A stretch of 64,000 bases of DNA from Eukaryota sp. GEM-RC1. Its lineage: Eukaryota. Every line of letters starts with the position of its first letter. The first letter of the stretch is position 1. Where the stretch lies: contig JAUFOQ010000006.1 in the NCBI GenBank assembly GCA_040285855.1, positions 1,426,001 to 1,490,000 on the forward strand. Reading direction: 5' to 3'. Shown one piece after another: positions 11,188 to 23,612 of this stretch. A model generated the notes under the pieces. It worked only from the letters and a program-made list of their open reading frames with translations, made no database searches and was not told where the DNA came from. The position numbers and the translations under genes were made by a program.

Positions 11188-13720
11188 CTAGATTAATAAC
11201 TGACTCTGCTCGACAACTTCCCCGACAAAAGTGTTGAAAGAACGCCTGAATTTATTGAAAAAACACCCATCACTAATAAATATCATCACACCTACAACTA
11301 TATCCTCTAATAGCTCCCTGCTAGTGAAGCTTTGGAGCCGATAAAGGGAAAAATTCTCGGGAATTGTTATTAAAATACCAGACACCGGTTTTATTAACAG
11401 TAAAAAATGGATTAAACACAACAAATACAATCGCCGTTCTCATCCATTTGCAATTCTACTTGCACTTGTTTGAACTCATTCACACTATGCTTACTCTTCG
11501 TAGGTACAAACATCTGGTAAGTATGGATATAAACTTCACTAACTATTCCAGGAACTCTGACCCCATCAACAATAGTATTGTTCCTCTTTTTTAATCCATC
11601 TAACCATTTCCGGTGCAGAGCTCCACCCCAAACCTTCTTCATTGACCGGACAAAGTCAGTTCTTGACTTCATCGTGACACTTTCCAGTTCAATCAGTTCT
11701 CGTTGAGGAAAGTTGCTACCGTCCATGACAGCCTTGAGTATACGTTGATTGAATAAATCCAAATAATTCCGAGTTGCTGAAGTATATGGTAAAGCAAGAT
11801 TTTCATTATTAGGATCACATTCTTTAACTCCAAGATTCTTATGTCTGAGATGTTCGCTAACAATCTTTGTCACAATGTTTCGACGATCATCCATAGTACA
11901 ATACATGGCACTGGAAAAACTTCTGGAAATTACGTCCTTAACGATTCTTCGTAAATCAGCCATGGATCTGATGGAGTCACAGTCAACAGAGGGATCAATC
12001 AACGACAGACTCGTGGCAATCTTCTCAAAGTTAGGACTTGGTTCTTCCATTATAGCATGACGGACACTTCTACTAATAAACTTAGCGGCATAGGTTTCAG
12101 CAAGAGAAATAACAAATTGAACCAAAATTTGAGAAAAAAGGCGGGAAGATTCACTAACATTAAATGAAAGTTGAACAGCGTCAGCATTATCAATCGAAAC
12201 TCGTTCATGATCAGATGGAAATTCTGCTTTATAAGAATTATTCATTGTATGAAGCGTTTGAGTAAAGTTGGGGTCAAGTAACTCCAGCGCTTGAAAGATG
12301 TTAACAACAACATTTGCTGAATCACTGGACACGTCATCCAAGTAACTGGGGTCAAGCTCAATCTGGCTTTGATCAACAAGACCTTGTTGGTGGAGAATTA
12401 ACTCAACAGTTTGGAATGACATTGGCGTAGCTTCAACCCACTCATGGGAAAAGTTGTAATCATCAATCATTTTTGATTGCTTGTTGATTCTGAGAGTGAG
12501 AGAGATGCATTTCTTTGGTTCTTTAAGGGATGGATCCTTTTTCAAATGTTTCTTCTTCGGAACTAGAGAAGCCCGGCGGGAGGCATTTCCTAACATTCTG
12601 TGGTAAAAGAAGTGCTTGAACATTCTGTCCATAGAGTTTTCCTTGGCAAAGTTATCTAATGAAGATCCTTCAGGAACTAAAGATGCCATATCGGAGCAAT
12701 GAATTGACAGAAGGTAGTGGTGACCTTCATCGATGCAGCTGAATGCGTCATCACATAGAGAAGTATCGAACTTATCAATACAGATAACTTGTAGGGATCG
12801 ATAGGATTGGGGACACGGCGAAGGTTCAAGGGAGGTGTCAGCATCTCCCCCAGGGAAAAGATCAGCGAGTGAGGACACAACAGCAGAGAAGTGAGTGAGA
12901 CCAGAGGGAATAGGGGTTGAGGACTTTATGAAAGACTGTCCTTTGTTACCTTGTTGGACGTCTCGTTTGAGCGAAACATTATATACGGACTCATCATAGC
13001 TGCCATAGGGACGAAAGGACAAAGATGGGTAGAGTACAGGATGAAAGAATCGTCCCCCAGTGCAGCTGATCGGCAGATTTGAAGTGCAACTCCAATCGAG
13101 AATGGAGAATAAGGCACAACGGTCGTTAGAGTCTAGGGTAATTTGTATAGAATCACCTGGAAACGGGAGAACGTGAGAAATAGGAACAGATGTGGATCTC
13201 AAAGGGAATGTTGGTAGAGAGATGGGTGCGAAATTGGCAAACTGACGTCGATTCTTGTAGGAGTAGTGAGTAACTCGAGCATTCAACAACAAAGGTTCAG
13301 GAACTGCGAAATATCTACTTCCATCAATTGGAAGCAATGTAATGGTTCCCTGCAACAAGTCTTTGCTTCTGATTCAGGTGAAGCTCAATGTCTCTGTTGG
13401 ACTTCCAGAACGATACTTGATTGGGCTTTACCTTAAAGAGGGCAGCTACAACATCGTGACTAATGTAGCGTTTTAATGGTGAACCAAAGACTTTATGGCT
13501 TCGTGTTGGTTTTTTAGCAGAGACAACAACTACTTGGACTGACATTTAGATTTGAATTCAAAATTTTGCCAAATTTTCTTCCCACAACTGAACGTGTTTT
13601 TGACAGTGTTTCTTCACACTTGGATAGCACTACACTAGGAAGTACTACAGTTGTAGTGTATTTTTTCGGATTTACAACCATTCTAAAGAAATGAAGTATC
13701 GTATCACAGTCAATAGACAT
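11188..13720 (-). CDS. RNB-domain (RNase II/Dis3 family) protein, split by indels
   Basis: Core ORF 11412..13358 has ICIDKFDTSLCDDAFS, LSIHCSDMASLVPEGSSLDNFA and YTSATRNYLDLFNQRILK. Overlapping ORFs 13514..13720, 13324..13545 and 11188..11430 probably belong to the same gene. Confidence 0.75.
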
Positions 13721-13945
13721 GAGTTCTCAACAGTTAAGACAAACAATCGATAGGCTGAAGTTTAGTTCAACTGAACTTCATTAAGACTAACATACTTAAA
13801 CTTAATTGAAGTATTATGACGCTGTCCTTAAACCACCTCAAACTATTGATTTAAATAAGTAAACAATCTATACTGTCTGGGTAATGTGGAAGTATTCCCC
13901 CAAGTAGATAAAAACACAGTATTTAAAATCTTAATATCCTGACAC

Positions 13946-15480
13946 TCAATATATTGGGACAATTGATGTCCTGAGTGCTATTTGTGAGAGAATCTCCTCT
14001 GATGCTTCATCACCAGCACAATATTCTAATTGAATCTTAGTAATTGAAGAGTTAGTCTCCAATGCCTTTGTAAGAGCCAATGTACCATCAATACGGAACA
14101 GATTCCAACTAAGATTAAGAGACAAAAGTGAGCAGTTATTAAGAGACTCAGCCAAAGCTATCACTCCCTTACTAGAAATGTTATTATTAGACAAATTAAG
14201 ACAGGTCAGGGTAGAATTGCACATCAGAGCATCTGCAATCGCAATCGATCCTTCATCACCAATCAAATTGGATTGAAGGTCTAATTCTCGAACAGAAGAA
14301 TTCTCCTTTAATGCCGCAGCCAAAACAACAACTTCAGTAACTCCCAGCATATTACTACTGAGGTCTAGTACAGTGAGTGATGACGTTTCCCTCAGCACTC
14401 TACTCAGGGCAACAACAGTACCTTCTCCGATAGAATTGTGCTTGAGATTGAACTTCATAAGAGAAATGTTTTCAAGTAGAGCATCAGCTAAAGCAACACC
14501 GCCAGTGTTGCCAATGTTATTGTAACTTACATCAAGTGATATAAGAGACGAGTTTCCTTTTAAAAACCGGGCCAACGCGAGAGCTCCGCTGTCTTCTACA
14601 TAGTTATGCTGTAGTTCTAGAAGTTTAATACATGAGTTAGACTTTAAAGCTTCACATAGTTCTAGAATAGCAGAGTCTCCAAAGAAACAATACTCTAAAC
14701 AAATAGCTTGAATTACTAAATTGGTCTTTAGTGCATTGATGATTGCAAGATTTCCTTCCTCTTCGAAACCATTATAGCCCAGGTCAATTGGAAGTAATTG
14801 TACGATTAGATTTGAGTAGGTCGGTGAATGCAATAATTCCGTCATCTTCGATCCAGTTATTGCTCAGATTCACTGGAAACAATTGTATAGTTGGAAGATA
14901 AAAAATCAATTAATTTGAAAATACCATCGTTCTCAATAGCATTATAACTTAAATCAATTGAAGTGATACTAGGATGGAGTGCCAAAGCAGGTGTTAAATG
15001 AAAAACACCTTCAGATCCAAATGATGATTTAAGCCGCACATGACTTAAATTAGGACAAAAAACACTGTTACTTGGATCTAAACAGTCAAGATCTGCAATT
15101 GATCCCACTCGAAGACTTCTAATACTACTTAAACTGAAGGGAACTGAGGACCAGTCAACCGTATCTGCCTCACAATCCAAGTCAACGTTAGAGAGGACTG
15201 AGTTGAAGTACTGACAGTGGAAGGAAATAGGTGGAAGAGATTTAGTGTTGATTGTAATGAAAAGATGTGGTAGAAAGAACGATATGGATTGATGGGTGAC
15301 GTTGAGAAAATGGGAGCTAACAAAGCCAATCTTGGATATAACACGAACAATACGAAAATGAAGAGAAGACACATCAACTGCAGATGAAAGGGAAATGTAC
15401 GCGCAATGTGAGCACAAATTCAATGAATGGCGAACAACGAGGTGGAGAACACTTTGAGGGAAACATATCATGAACGGCAA
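13946..15480 (-). CDS. Ribonuclease-inhibitor/NLRC3-like leucine-rich repeat protein (one frameshift near 14860)
   Basis: 28-residue LRRs of the type LxxLDLSxNxIGxxGxxALAxALxxNxS in both ORF pieces. Confidence 0.85.
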
Positions 15481-15691
15481 AAGCCATGTTCTATTATAGA
15501 AACTTCGTCTTGCGTCATCAAAATGACTACATGTATCGGAAAAGAGTCTCTTCTTAAAACACTACTAGTACATTTGTGGAAACAATGTCGTGTATAACAG
15601 AACTAAACAAAAATAACTTTACAAAAATACATTCTGCAATAGCAAATAATAACAGAAGACATATTCTATTACCATCACGTCACCACAATCA

Positions 15692-18600
15692 TCACGTCAA
15701 CAGTGTAGTGAGATCATCTGTAATACCAATAAACTTAGGATCTTCAGTAGTTAGAGTCAATTGTTCTGCAGGGAAAGCATTTCCAACTTCAGGCACAACT
15801 CCCGATCTAACTCTGTTACCCCACTCGTCATCAACTTCCCTATTTATTGACCTCTTGAACAGCACAATCTCAGTGCTTCGTCTTGGTTCCACGTCTACTT
15901 GTAAAATAGAGGATAATTGTCTTGATAGATCCAGCATAAATTCAAAAGACGTCTGTGGAATTAATATAGCAACAACAATTGAATTGAAGTCAATAGTGAA
16001 ATCTGTAAAACTCAATAACAATTTAGTAAGAGGCTCGAGAAATCTGGTGGCTGTACGTAGTTTTGTATGAGAAATGGCGTCAGGTGCAGCATATATATCT
16101 AACAATGGCAACACTATTGCACTAGGATCAACACGAACAAAACCTAAATTCTCTGGTTTAAAAGCACTTATAGCATGGGTAATTCCTTGCAAAAACGAAG
16201 AATTCTTTGAGAACAAAGACTCCCCGTAGAATCCACAAACAATTCTATTTGAAGGAGGAAGCGGATTAGAGAAAGTTGGGGTAAGTGCAGTTCTCGGGAA
16301 ACAAACTTCTCCACTAATAAAGAAAAGCTTACCACTTTGAGAAATAAGAACAGTACCACATTGATTAGGATTCATTGAAGTACCAAAATGATCACGTGAT
16401 GTCGAAAACACGGTAATCACTGGGTAATCAGCAGTTCCATTCATTTCTACTCCGTTCTGGCATGCTTGATGACCACGGACGATGGCGCTAAAGCCAAGAG
16501 TTTGACAGAACTTCTCAATGGCTTTATTATTAAAGGTGTAACAGCCAGGACCTCTATCACTGTCAGCAAAGCCATCTTTATCAGATCCGCGTTCTTCAGA
16601 TTGGATGTCATTCCACAACAACTCATTCATCAAAGTGTACTGTTCAGAAGTCATATGACCACACTCACTGAGCTCTTTGCTGGGGTCAATAGACTTTGGA
16701 AGTCGTTTGATCTTATCCCACGTGACTCTCCAATTAGATTTGATTGGTCTTGGGATTCCACCATGAACGCAAAAGACTTTTCTTCCGACTGGTTTAGTTC
16801 CAACGGGAGTTTCATGAACTACCGCTACCAATGACATTACATTGAAAACTTCATTCATTCGGTTTAACAGATTATCAGCATCATTTGGGAAATGTTTACG
16901 CAGTATTGAGTATGTTGAATTTGGCCTGCTATCGTCACCACATTGAGCTGAACTCTCGTGATTGCCCCTCAGAATAAACCACTGATTGGGAGCGATAATC
17001 TTCCAAGCTAGGATATAAGCTAATACTTCTAAGGGATTCGGACCTCGGTCTACATAGTCTCCCAGTAAAACAAAATTACCACTAGTAAAAGGAACACCAC
17101 GCCTCCATAGCTCATTGCGTAAAAACGAAAGATCTAGCATGTTACCATGAAGATCTCCCAAAACATAGCAAGGTGAAGGAACATCAAGAGTAATAGGTTC
17201 AGTTTTTAACAAATTCATTGAATGTTCAAAGATTTTCTCACAAAGTTTAACAAAACGATGCTTTTCACTGGATGGAATAACTAATTCCCGGCCAACCCAA
17301 TGATTGTTATCCATAAGCTTATGAAGTAATTCTAAAACAGCAATGGCATCATCCAAACCAGCAACAAAGTCGTTATTGTTACCACCAAACTCCGGACTTC
17401 CAAATTTAGACATTGCTAAGGGCATAGTTACATTTGGACCAACTCTAATAGGCGTTGAACAACCTGACCAATTAACTTGAGAGAACTCATGCTGCTTCCT
17501 AGCAGTAGGGGTGCTGTATGAAGGAGAAAGAGCTCCACTCGAGGAGTGTCTGGAGCGAGGTCGATGAGGGGAAGGTGTGTGGATATCGTCAATGGTTAGA
17601 CCTCTGGGAGAAGCAGGAGGTCTGGTAGGGAAGGTGACAGTAGCCATGAAGATAGGGTAAGCAGATGAGGAGAACCGACCACCCACTACTAGAGCAACGA
17701 TTTCATTGTCAGTCTTATGAACGAGAGATAAAGAGTGGCGTTCACGTCCAAAGGAGAGTTCTCGAGAAAGCTCGCCAAAACTTTGACTTAGGTTAAATGA
17801 ACCAACACAGAGATCGAGATGAAGAGATCCTGAGTTTGAATTGGAGATGGAGAGGAGAGATAGTTGAGGGTAAGGAGCTACGGTATCACGTTCTTCCCCA
17901 CCAGAACATAAGAAGAGAGGTTTGTTTTGTTGGTTTTTACCGGCATAAAGTAAAGAACAACGCATTATAGCAGGAACATTAGGAGAAACAGAGAGGTATT
18001 GGACAGAGACGGATGGAGGAGAAACCTGGCTTTTGGTAACAACTATAGCATCGTTAAAGGAAATGGCATCGAATTGTTCACCAACTCTACAACCACCTAG
18101 GATGAGGACAGATGTTTGGTCAGGAAAGAGAGAAGCAGACCCAGAGTAAGCACGGCAAATTAGCTGTGATTGGTCCGGGGGGATTTTAATCCACATTTTG
18201 CGGGTTTTATGGAAGAGATATGCATCGCTGATGAGACGGAGAGACTCGCCATGGCCAAGAAGACCACCACAAAGTAGTAAGTAATCGGAGGAGATGGGAG
18301 TGAAAACGTGACCAAAACGATCACTTGGCCAGAGGACAGAAGATGGAGATTGTCTAAGAGCAGTCCAGGCAGGGAGGCTTGTAGGTGTAGTGCCAGAAAG
18401 AAACAGAGTTATTGAGGAATCAGGGATAAAAATCTCATATAAAGGAGAAGGTGTGGAGGCAGGCGGACGAGATGTTCTGCCACCGAATACGAATAGATGG
18501 ATCCCCTTTGGTGATGATGACTCAAAAGCTCCAGCAGCATGTTCGTAACGAGGAGAGGGAACTATTCCGGTAGTAAGAATCTTGACAGCCTTTTTGACTG

Positions 18601-18768
18601 GAGATCAACTACAAAAAGGTCGTTGGAGTAGGTTTCCCTAGTCTTACATTTTCCCCCAAAAATCAACACAAAACGACCAGTCTGACAAGCTGTATGGCCT
18701 ATAAGATGAGGCAGGGATCCTGAACGGAACGGATCTGATGAAAGAGAAAGTCTATAGGCAGCAGTCAT
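15692..18768 (-). CDS. Kelch-repeat PPP Ser/Thr phosphatase (PPKL/BSU1-like architecture)
   Basis: GDLHG, GDYVDRG, LRGNHE, HGG and RGHQ motifs. N-terminal kelch repeats (GHTA..FGG, RYEHAA..FGG, RFGH..CGG) read through from 18768 with one indel at ~18591-18596. Confidence 0.88.
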
Positions 18769-18828
18769 TGGAATAACGGAAGCTCGAAATTATTTATTGA
18801 ATATAAACAAACACTACTTATACATGTA

Positions 18829-19440
18829 GTTATTCCATGTTTAAAGCACATTGCTTGCATTCTAAAGTTGAACCAGTTTTGAATCACCTTTCAAAAAATG
18901 AATTTACTGATCAAAAAGAGGGGATCTCCATACTCCGTGGCCTAAATCGAGTCAATCATTAATGGATTTTACTACAGTAGATGTTTGTAACAAATCTTGT
19001 GTTAGTAGGATATTAGATTATTGTCTTAATCCATTAACAGCTGCTGAAAAGCTCAAACACTCCAAGTATGACTCTCCAGTAGAAGAATTAAATCGAAACT
19101 CAGATTCCAAATTTGTGTTTCAACCTGTTGCTGTTTCTCTTTTTGGAACGATTAGTCCTGCTTGTGATCAATTTTTCTAGGATTTCGAAGAACTGTGTAA
19201 AGAAAAGAAGCCCAAGTTTAGAATGGCTGAATGAAAAACCGTATTGTGGTTTCCATATATCGGAATATGCATTTCCATTTCTCTCGATTTGTTGGGAAAT
19301 TGTACAAGTTTGGTGTGAAGGTTAATGTTGAAAAACGTAATCTTTTATTGGATGGGGATGAAGTCGTTTGGATTTAGTCTTAGAATTACTTGTTTGTTTT
19401 TGCAATTTCATGGTTTTGTAGGAAGGTTACCCTATTGCCA
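18829..19440 (+). mobile_element. RLE non-LTR retrotransposon 3' fragment
   Basis: Encodes KVEP...GD...MDFTTVDVC...AEKLKHSKY...FQPVAVSLFG; near-identical inverted copy at 23613-24224. Confidence 0.75.
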
Positions 19441-19856
19441 ATAAGTTATTGGGCACCGAATACAATTGTTCTTCATACAGCTAATACTAGTTCCCCATTG
19501 TTTCCTTCCCGAAGTATGCATTTGTACATGATCAGATTACTTGAAGATGACAACTTAAACGAACAACGAATTCCAAAGTATATTTTAATTCAAGCTCTTA
19601 TGGTCACCAGTGCAATATACCAGTATTTTGCAGTAGTTCTACCACTAGAAGTAGCAATTCTATAGAGTGATCAATTTCATAGACCCTTTTCTATAAACGT
19701 GTACTTTCATACTCTCAGTATGTTCACTCAAGAAGACCACTCGACATCATCAGTGTTTCTTCCTTTAAGATCAGTTTACGAAATACAAAACAAACTGTAG
19801 AAATGATAGATACTGTATGTATAAACAATTCAAAAACTGGCAATCCTAAATGAAAT

Positions 19857-20129
19857 CTACAATAGGAAATACTTGCCATTTTTGTTCCCACCATCAATAA
19901 CTTGACATTTCACCGTATACGGCTTAAGGAAAATATCCTTGTGGTGAAAGTATGTTGATTCAAAATCATAGATTCCAGTAATGTCCAAAGAGCCTGTGTC
20001 ATCAACTGATCCATACGCAACAGGGATGTTGTTGTATACGTAGAAGAATACTTGGTCTTGTCTTGGATAAGGTTGAACCCAAACTTGGACGTTCTTTGTT
20101 TGTAATTGTAAATTAATGGCGTTTTTCAT
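19857..20129 (-). CDS. Hypothetical 90-aa protein
   Basis: ATG-started ORF with plausible globular composition; no recognised motif. Confidence 0.35.
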   Translation of the reverse strand: MKNAINLQLQTKNVQVWVQPYPRQDQVFFYVYNNIPVAYGSVDDTGSLDITGIYDFESTYFHHKDIFLKPYTVKCQVIDGGNKNGKYFLL

Positions 20130-20179
20130 TTAGCTTTTGTGGAAATTCTATTTATAGTACCAAAAGAATTACACACTAC

Positions 20180-22322
20180 TTAAGAGATTCAATGATTCGG
20201 ATCTGGTCATTCTTCAACCATACCTTTAATTCTGCTAAGTTCTCAAGTAATCTCGAAGACATTCTTGCACGTCTTGCCGTTTGAATTGAACCAGTTACAG
20301 AAAAAAATGATTGACAAGGAACTGATGTTGCTGGTGCAGACAAAAACTCATTGCAAGAGCGTATAACTCTGGGAACGCAGACCTGTTATCCTTCCACCAA
20401 ACAACAGGATCAGTTGACAAGGGAACTGTGCCTTCGGATAAGTATTTGTCCAGTTCATCTGCATGAACTAGTTCTCTATTGGAGTTTCTTTTCGATTGTA
20501 TAATTTCTCAAAGTGTGAAGTCTTCTTAACAGTTTTTGTTCTAGCAACAGGTTGGGCATTGTTCTCAACTGGTACATTGTCCGATTGACGATCTTTTGAG
20601 ATCTTGGCAGTAAGCTACGGATTCCTTTAATGTTGTTTTTCACTTCGAGATCTGATATCGGTAACATGTTTGTTTTGAGTCTCGGATCAAGGATGGAAGC
20701 GGTAGCAGCGTAGAAATCGTAAATCAAGTCAGAGTATTTCTCTCGAAATACTTGACACATTTTTTCAGCTGCTTCGTTGATGACGAATGGGAACTCGGGA
20801 TCCGTGGATGCTTGGACAATAAGCTTGTGTAAGTCATCTAAACAAAAGAGCACATGTGAGGCTGTAGCAGTCTTTGAAGCTGAAAGATCTTTAGTAGTAT
20901 CTTTAAACGGTTTAAGAAGTTGAATTAAGTTGCGAATAGTGGAAAGAGAAGATGAATCGATACAAAGGTAACTGTATCCGTTTTCTTGTGAAAGAAATTG
21001 TTCAATTGAAAATGCCTGTTCAACATAGCTTTCCAGTATCATCAATGTACTGTTCCAGCGTGTTTTGACATCCAAAGGAATTGTTTTTGGGGTAGCAATT
21101 CCGTTGCTTTCACAAAATTCAACATAAGTTTGCTTAAACAGAGAGGAAGTATGCAGTAAGACACAAAAGTTCCTTGCACTTTGAATGTGTTCTTCGAAAA
21201 TTTCGTGCGCTTTTCCTACAACAATGTTCAAGACATGAGCAATACAACGTCTAGAAAACATGTAAAAGTTCTGTTCTAGCAACAATTTAACAGCATTTGT
21301 CATGTTGGACGCATTGTCAGTAACGATACTGAAAACTTTAGAAATATTAAATTCCGCACACACTTGTTCAATGAATAAAGCAGTTTGCTCTGCAGTGTGT
21401 GGATGAAGGCATTGGAGTAGATCAAGGGGAAGACTGACCAACTGATGGTTCTCAGAAATACAGTGGACAGTTACTGCTAAAAAAGAAGTATTAGCACGAG
21501 AAGTTTAGTAGTCAACGGTAATAGACGGGAGCGATTCAATTTTGGCTAGGAACGTTTTGATCTCTTCTTTAACAGTTGTGTTTCTGGATATGATTCTCTC
21601 TCTAAGAGTGTTCCTTACGGGTACATTCGGCATAAGAGGAAGAGATTGAGTGCAAGTTAGCAAATCAATGAATGAGTCCGATTCTACAATGTTTAGTGAA
21701 ACGTTGTTCAAGACAAAGAAGTGAGTAAGTCTGTCGTCGAACGAGGGGGTTGATTTCTTAATGCCAAGAAGTTCAGTAATAGGAGCAGTTCTTTGAGGAT
21801 TTCCTTCTAACCATCCGTTGTGATAGTTATCTAGATGTAACTTTAATCTAGAAGTAGTAACCCGAGATTTATTAGACGGTTTTCCTTCAACATAAGGACA
21901 AAGAGAGCAAGTTGTTACCTTACCTTGATTGGAAGAGCTAAAGTGCTTCCAAACAGCAGAGGTTTTTTTCTTTAAAGTCGACGGGGATAGTACATCAGAA
22001 GAAGAGGATTGGGAGGGTTGGTCATCGTCACTATCATGAACATCAATAGGTGATGACATTCTCCTTGTACTTTGGTTAGGAAAAGAAACTAATGGGTTAT
22101 CAAAATCCATTTCTACTGATTCTTAATATGTAGAGTAGTTTTAATTATCAACTCGTTTATATACAATACAATATACAATGTAGTTCTACTTACATTTCCA
22201 TTTCCATATTATATTTCCGTTTCATTTCCATTTCCACATTCTCAAGAAATTTCGTCTATTTCCGCTTCCAGATGGAAATGGAAGTGAGAAATGTGGAATT
22301 TCATTTCACTTTGCCAAGTCTA
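20180..22322 (-). mobile_element. hAT transposon with BED-finger transposase (disrupted)
   Basis: SAVWKHF...CSLC...HLDNYH BED finger, ITVDY*TS, IVTDNASN, RCIAHVLN, DVKTRWNS, LDPRLK and a C-terminal WW...APATSV dimerisation domain. In-frame TAA at 21505 plus frameshifts. 5' TIR TAGACTTGGCA ends at 22322 with TTCCA subterminal repeats; 3' TIR not found. Confidence 0.88.
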
Positions 22323-23058
22323 ATCATGAGTCTGTTTTGGAAGGACATTTCCAATGTTGGACTTTCCAATCTTCCATGTCTAACTCTTTTGAATACAACC
22401 TTTCCAAAGCACTTGGCGTACTTCAAGTTTTGTCGTACTTCACGTCTACTGAAGTACGACAAAACCTGTAGGACGCTCACCAGTATCTACGTTGTCTAGC
22501 TATCCTTCAAGAACTTGTAACAAACGGGTCAAAATTTTGATTTCTGATACAAACAACAACGTTTATGATCAAAACAGTGAAAAATTGCATTTGCAAAAAT
22601 AACAAAACTTCTGATAGTTTTTTTAACAACTACATGTACAACTTCATATTTATCATCTTTAAATGCACCTTTTTTAAAACATCAACCGTCAGATCATCAT
22701 CGACTAATGGATCAATGACATCTGCTCCTCTTTTACCTAAAATGTTATCAGAATCGCTATTTGAGACTAATTGTTGTGACCAGTGTATTTGTGTAATTAC
22801 TTGTGGAAAAAATTTGTGATTGTTGTTGCATCAAAGCTGATGTCAACAACAAGTGGTTCTAATCATTGACTAATTCAAGTTTTGTTTGGTGGTAACTTTT
22901 CGGAATTGTGCTAGTCCGTTTGATAATTGGTTTTAAAAGTCTTTATTTAATTGTTGTATTCCTGTGGTGTGTTTTTCTCTGCACATAATTCATAGCTCCG
23001 TTAAATTAACTTAATCTCATTTGGGAATTTTAAAAGATTCACCATAGGCAATTTGTCT

Positions 23059-23130
23059 GCGACTGTAGTATAGCGGTTAGTACACATCGTTGTGGCCGAT
23101 GAAATCCTGGTTCGATTCCAGGCAGTCGCA
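23059..23130 (+). tRNA. tRNA-His(GTG)
   Basis: Acceptor GCGACTG/CAGTCGC, anticodon arm CATCG-TTGTGGC-CGATG, T-arm CCTGG-TTCGATT-CCAGG, followed by TTTT. Confidence 0.95.
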
Positions 23131-23280
23131 TTTTGGAACACTTACATTGATGGTGTCCCATTTTTAGCCGTACTGTTAGCAAGTTTACGAATTGTCTTAA
23201 CTCAAGTAACAAAACGCACGTACATCTACTAAGCCAAAGTCTCATTGATGTGAAATACAACAGTTTTCAACAAAAATTCC

Positions 23281-23352
23281 TTCTTCTGCCCAGAATCGAA
23301 CTGGGATTAGATGATTCAGAGTCATCTGTGCTAACCATTACACTACAGAAGA
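23281..23352 (-). tRNA. tRNA-Gln(CTG)
   Basis: Acceptor TCTTCTG/CAGAAGA, D-arm GTGTAATGGTTAGCAC, anticodon arm GATGA-CTCTGAA-TCATC, T-arm CCCAG-TTCGATT-CTGGG, downstream T-run. Confidence 0.92.
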
Positions 23353-23612
23353 TCATGTTTCAAACTTCTATGCACTCCAAGTGAGTTCTGAAGATACTTT
23401 TATATCCCATTACATTATTGTAACTCCGTTGAACGCAAAAGTCCTATATGCTATTTCTAGTGTTACGAGCCATATGCGTGTGCAAGTCGAAAAATGCAAT
23501 TGCGGCTCAGTACTCGATATTTCTTTTACCAATTCACTCCACTATACAACGCAAATTGAAATGAGTACAACAAATAGAGTTCAAGCAGAATATTTAGAGA
23601 ACTTTATTCGGA

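Noticed and set aside
23039..23260. 73-aa ORF
   Set aside because: Antisense to tRNA-His. Most other short ORFs in the track are similarly shadows of real genes or repeats.
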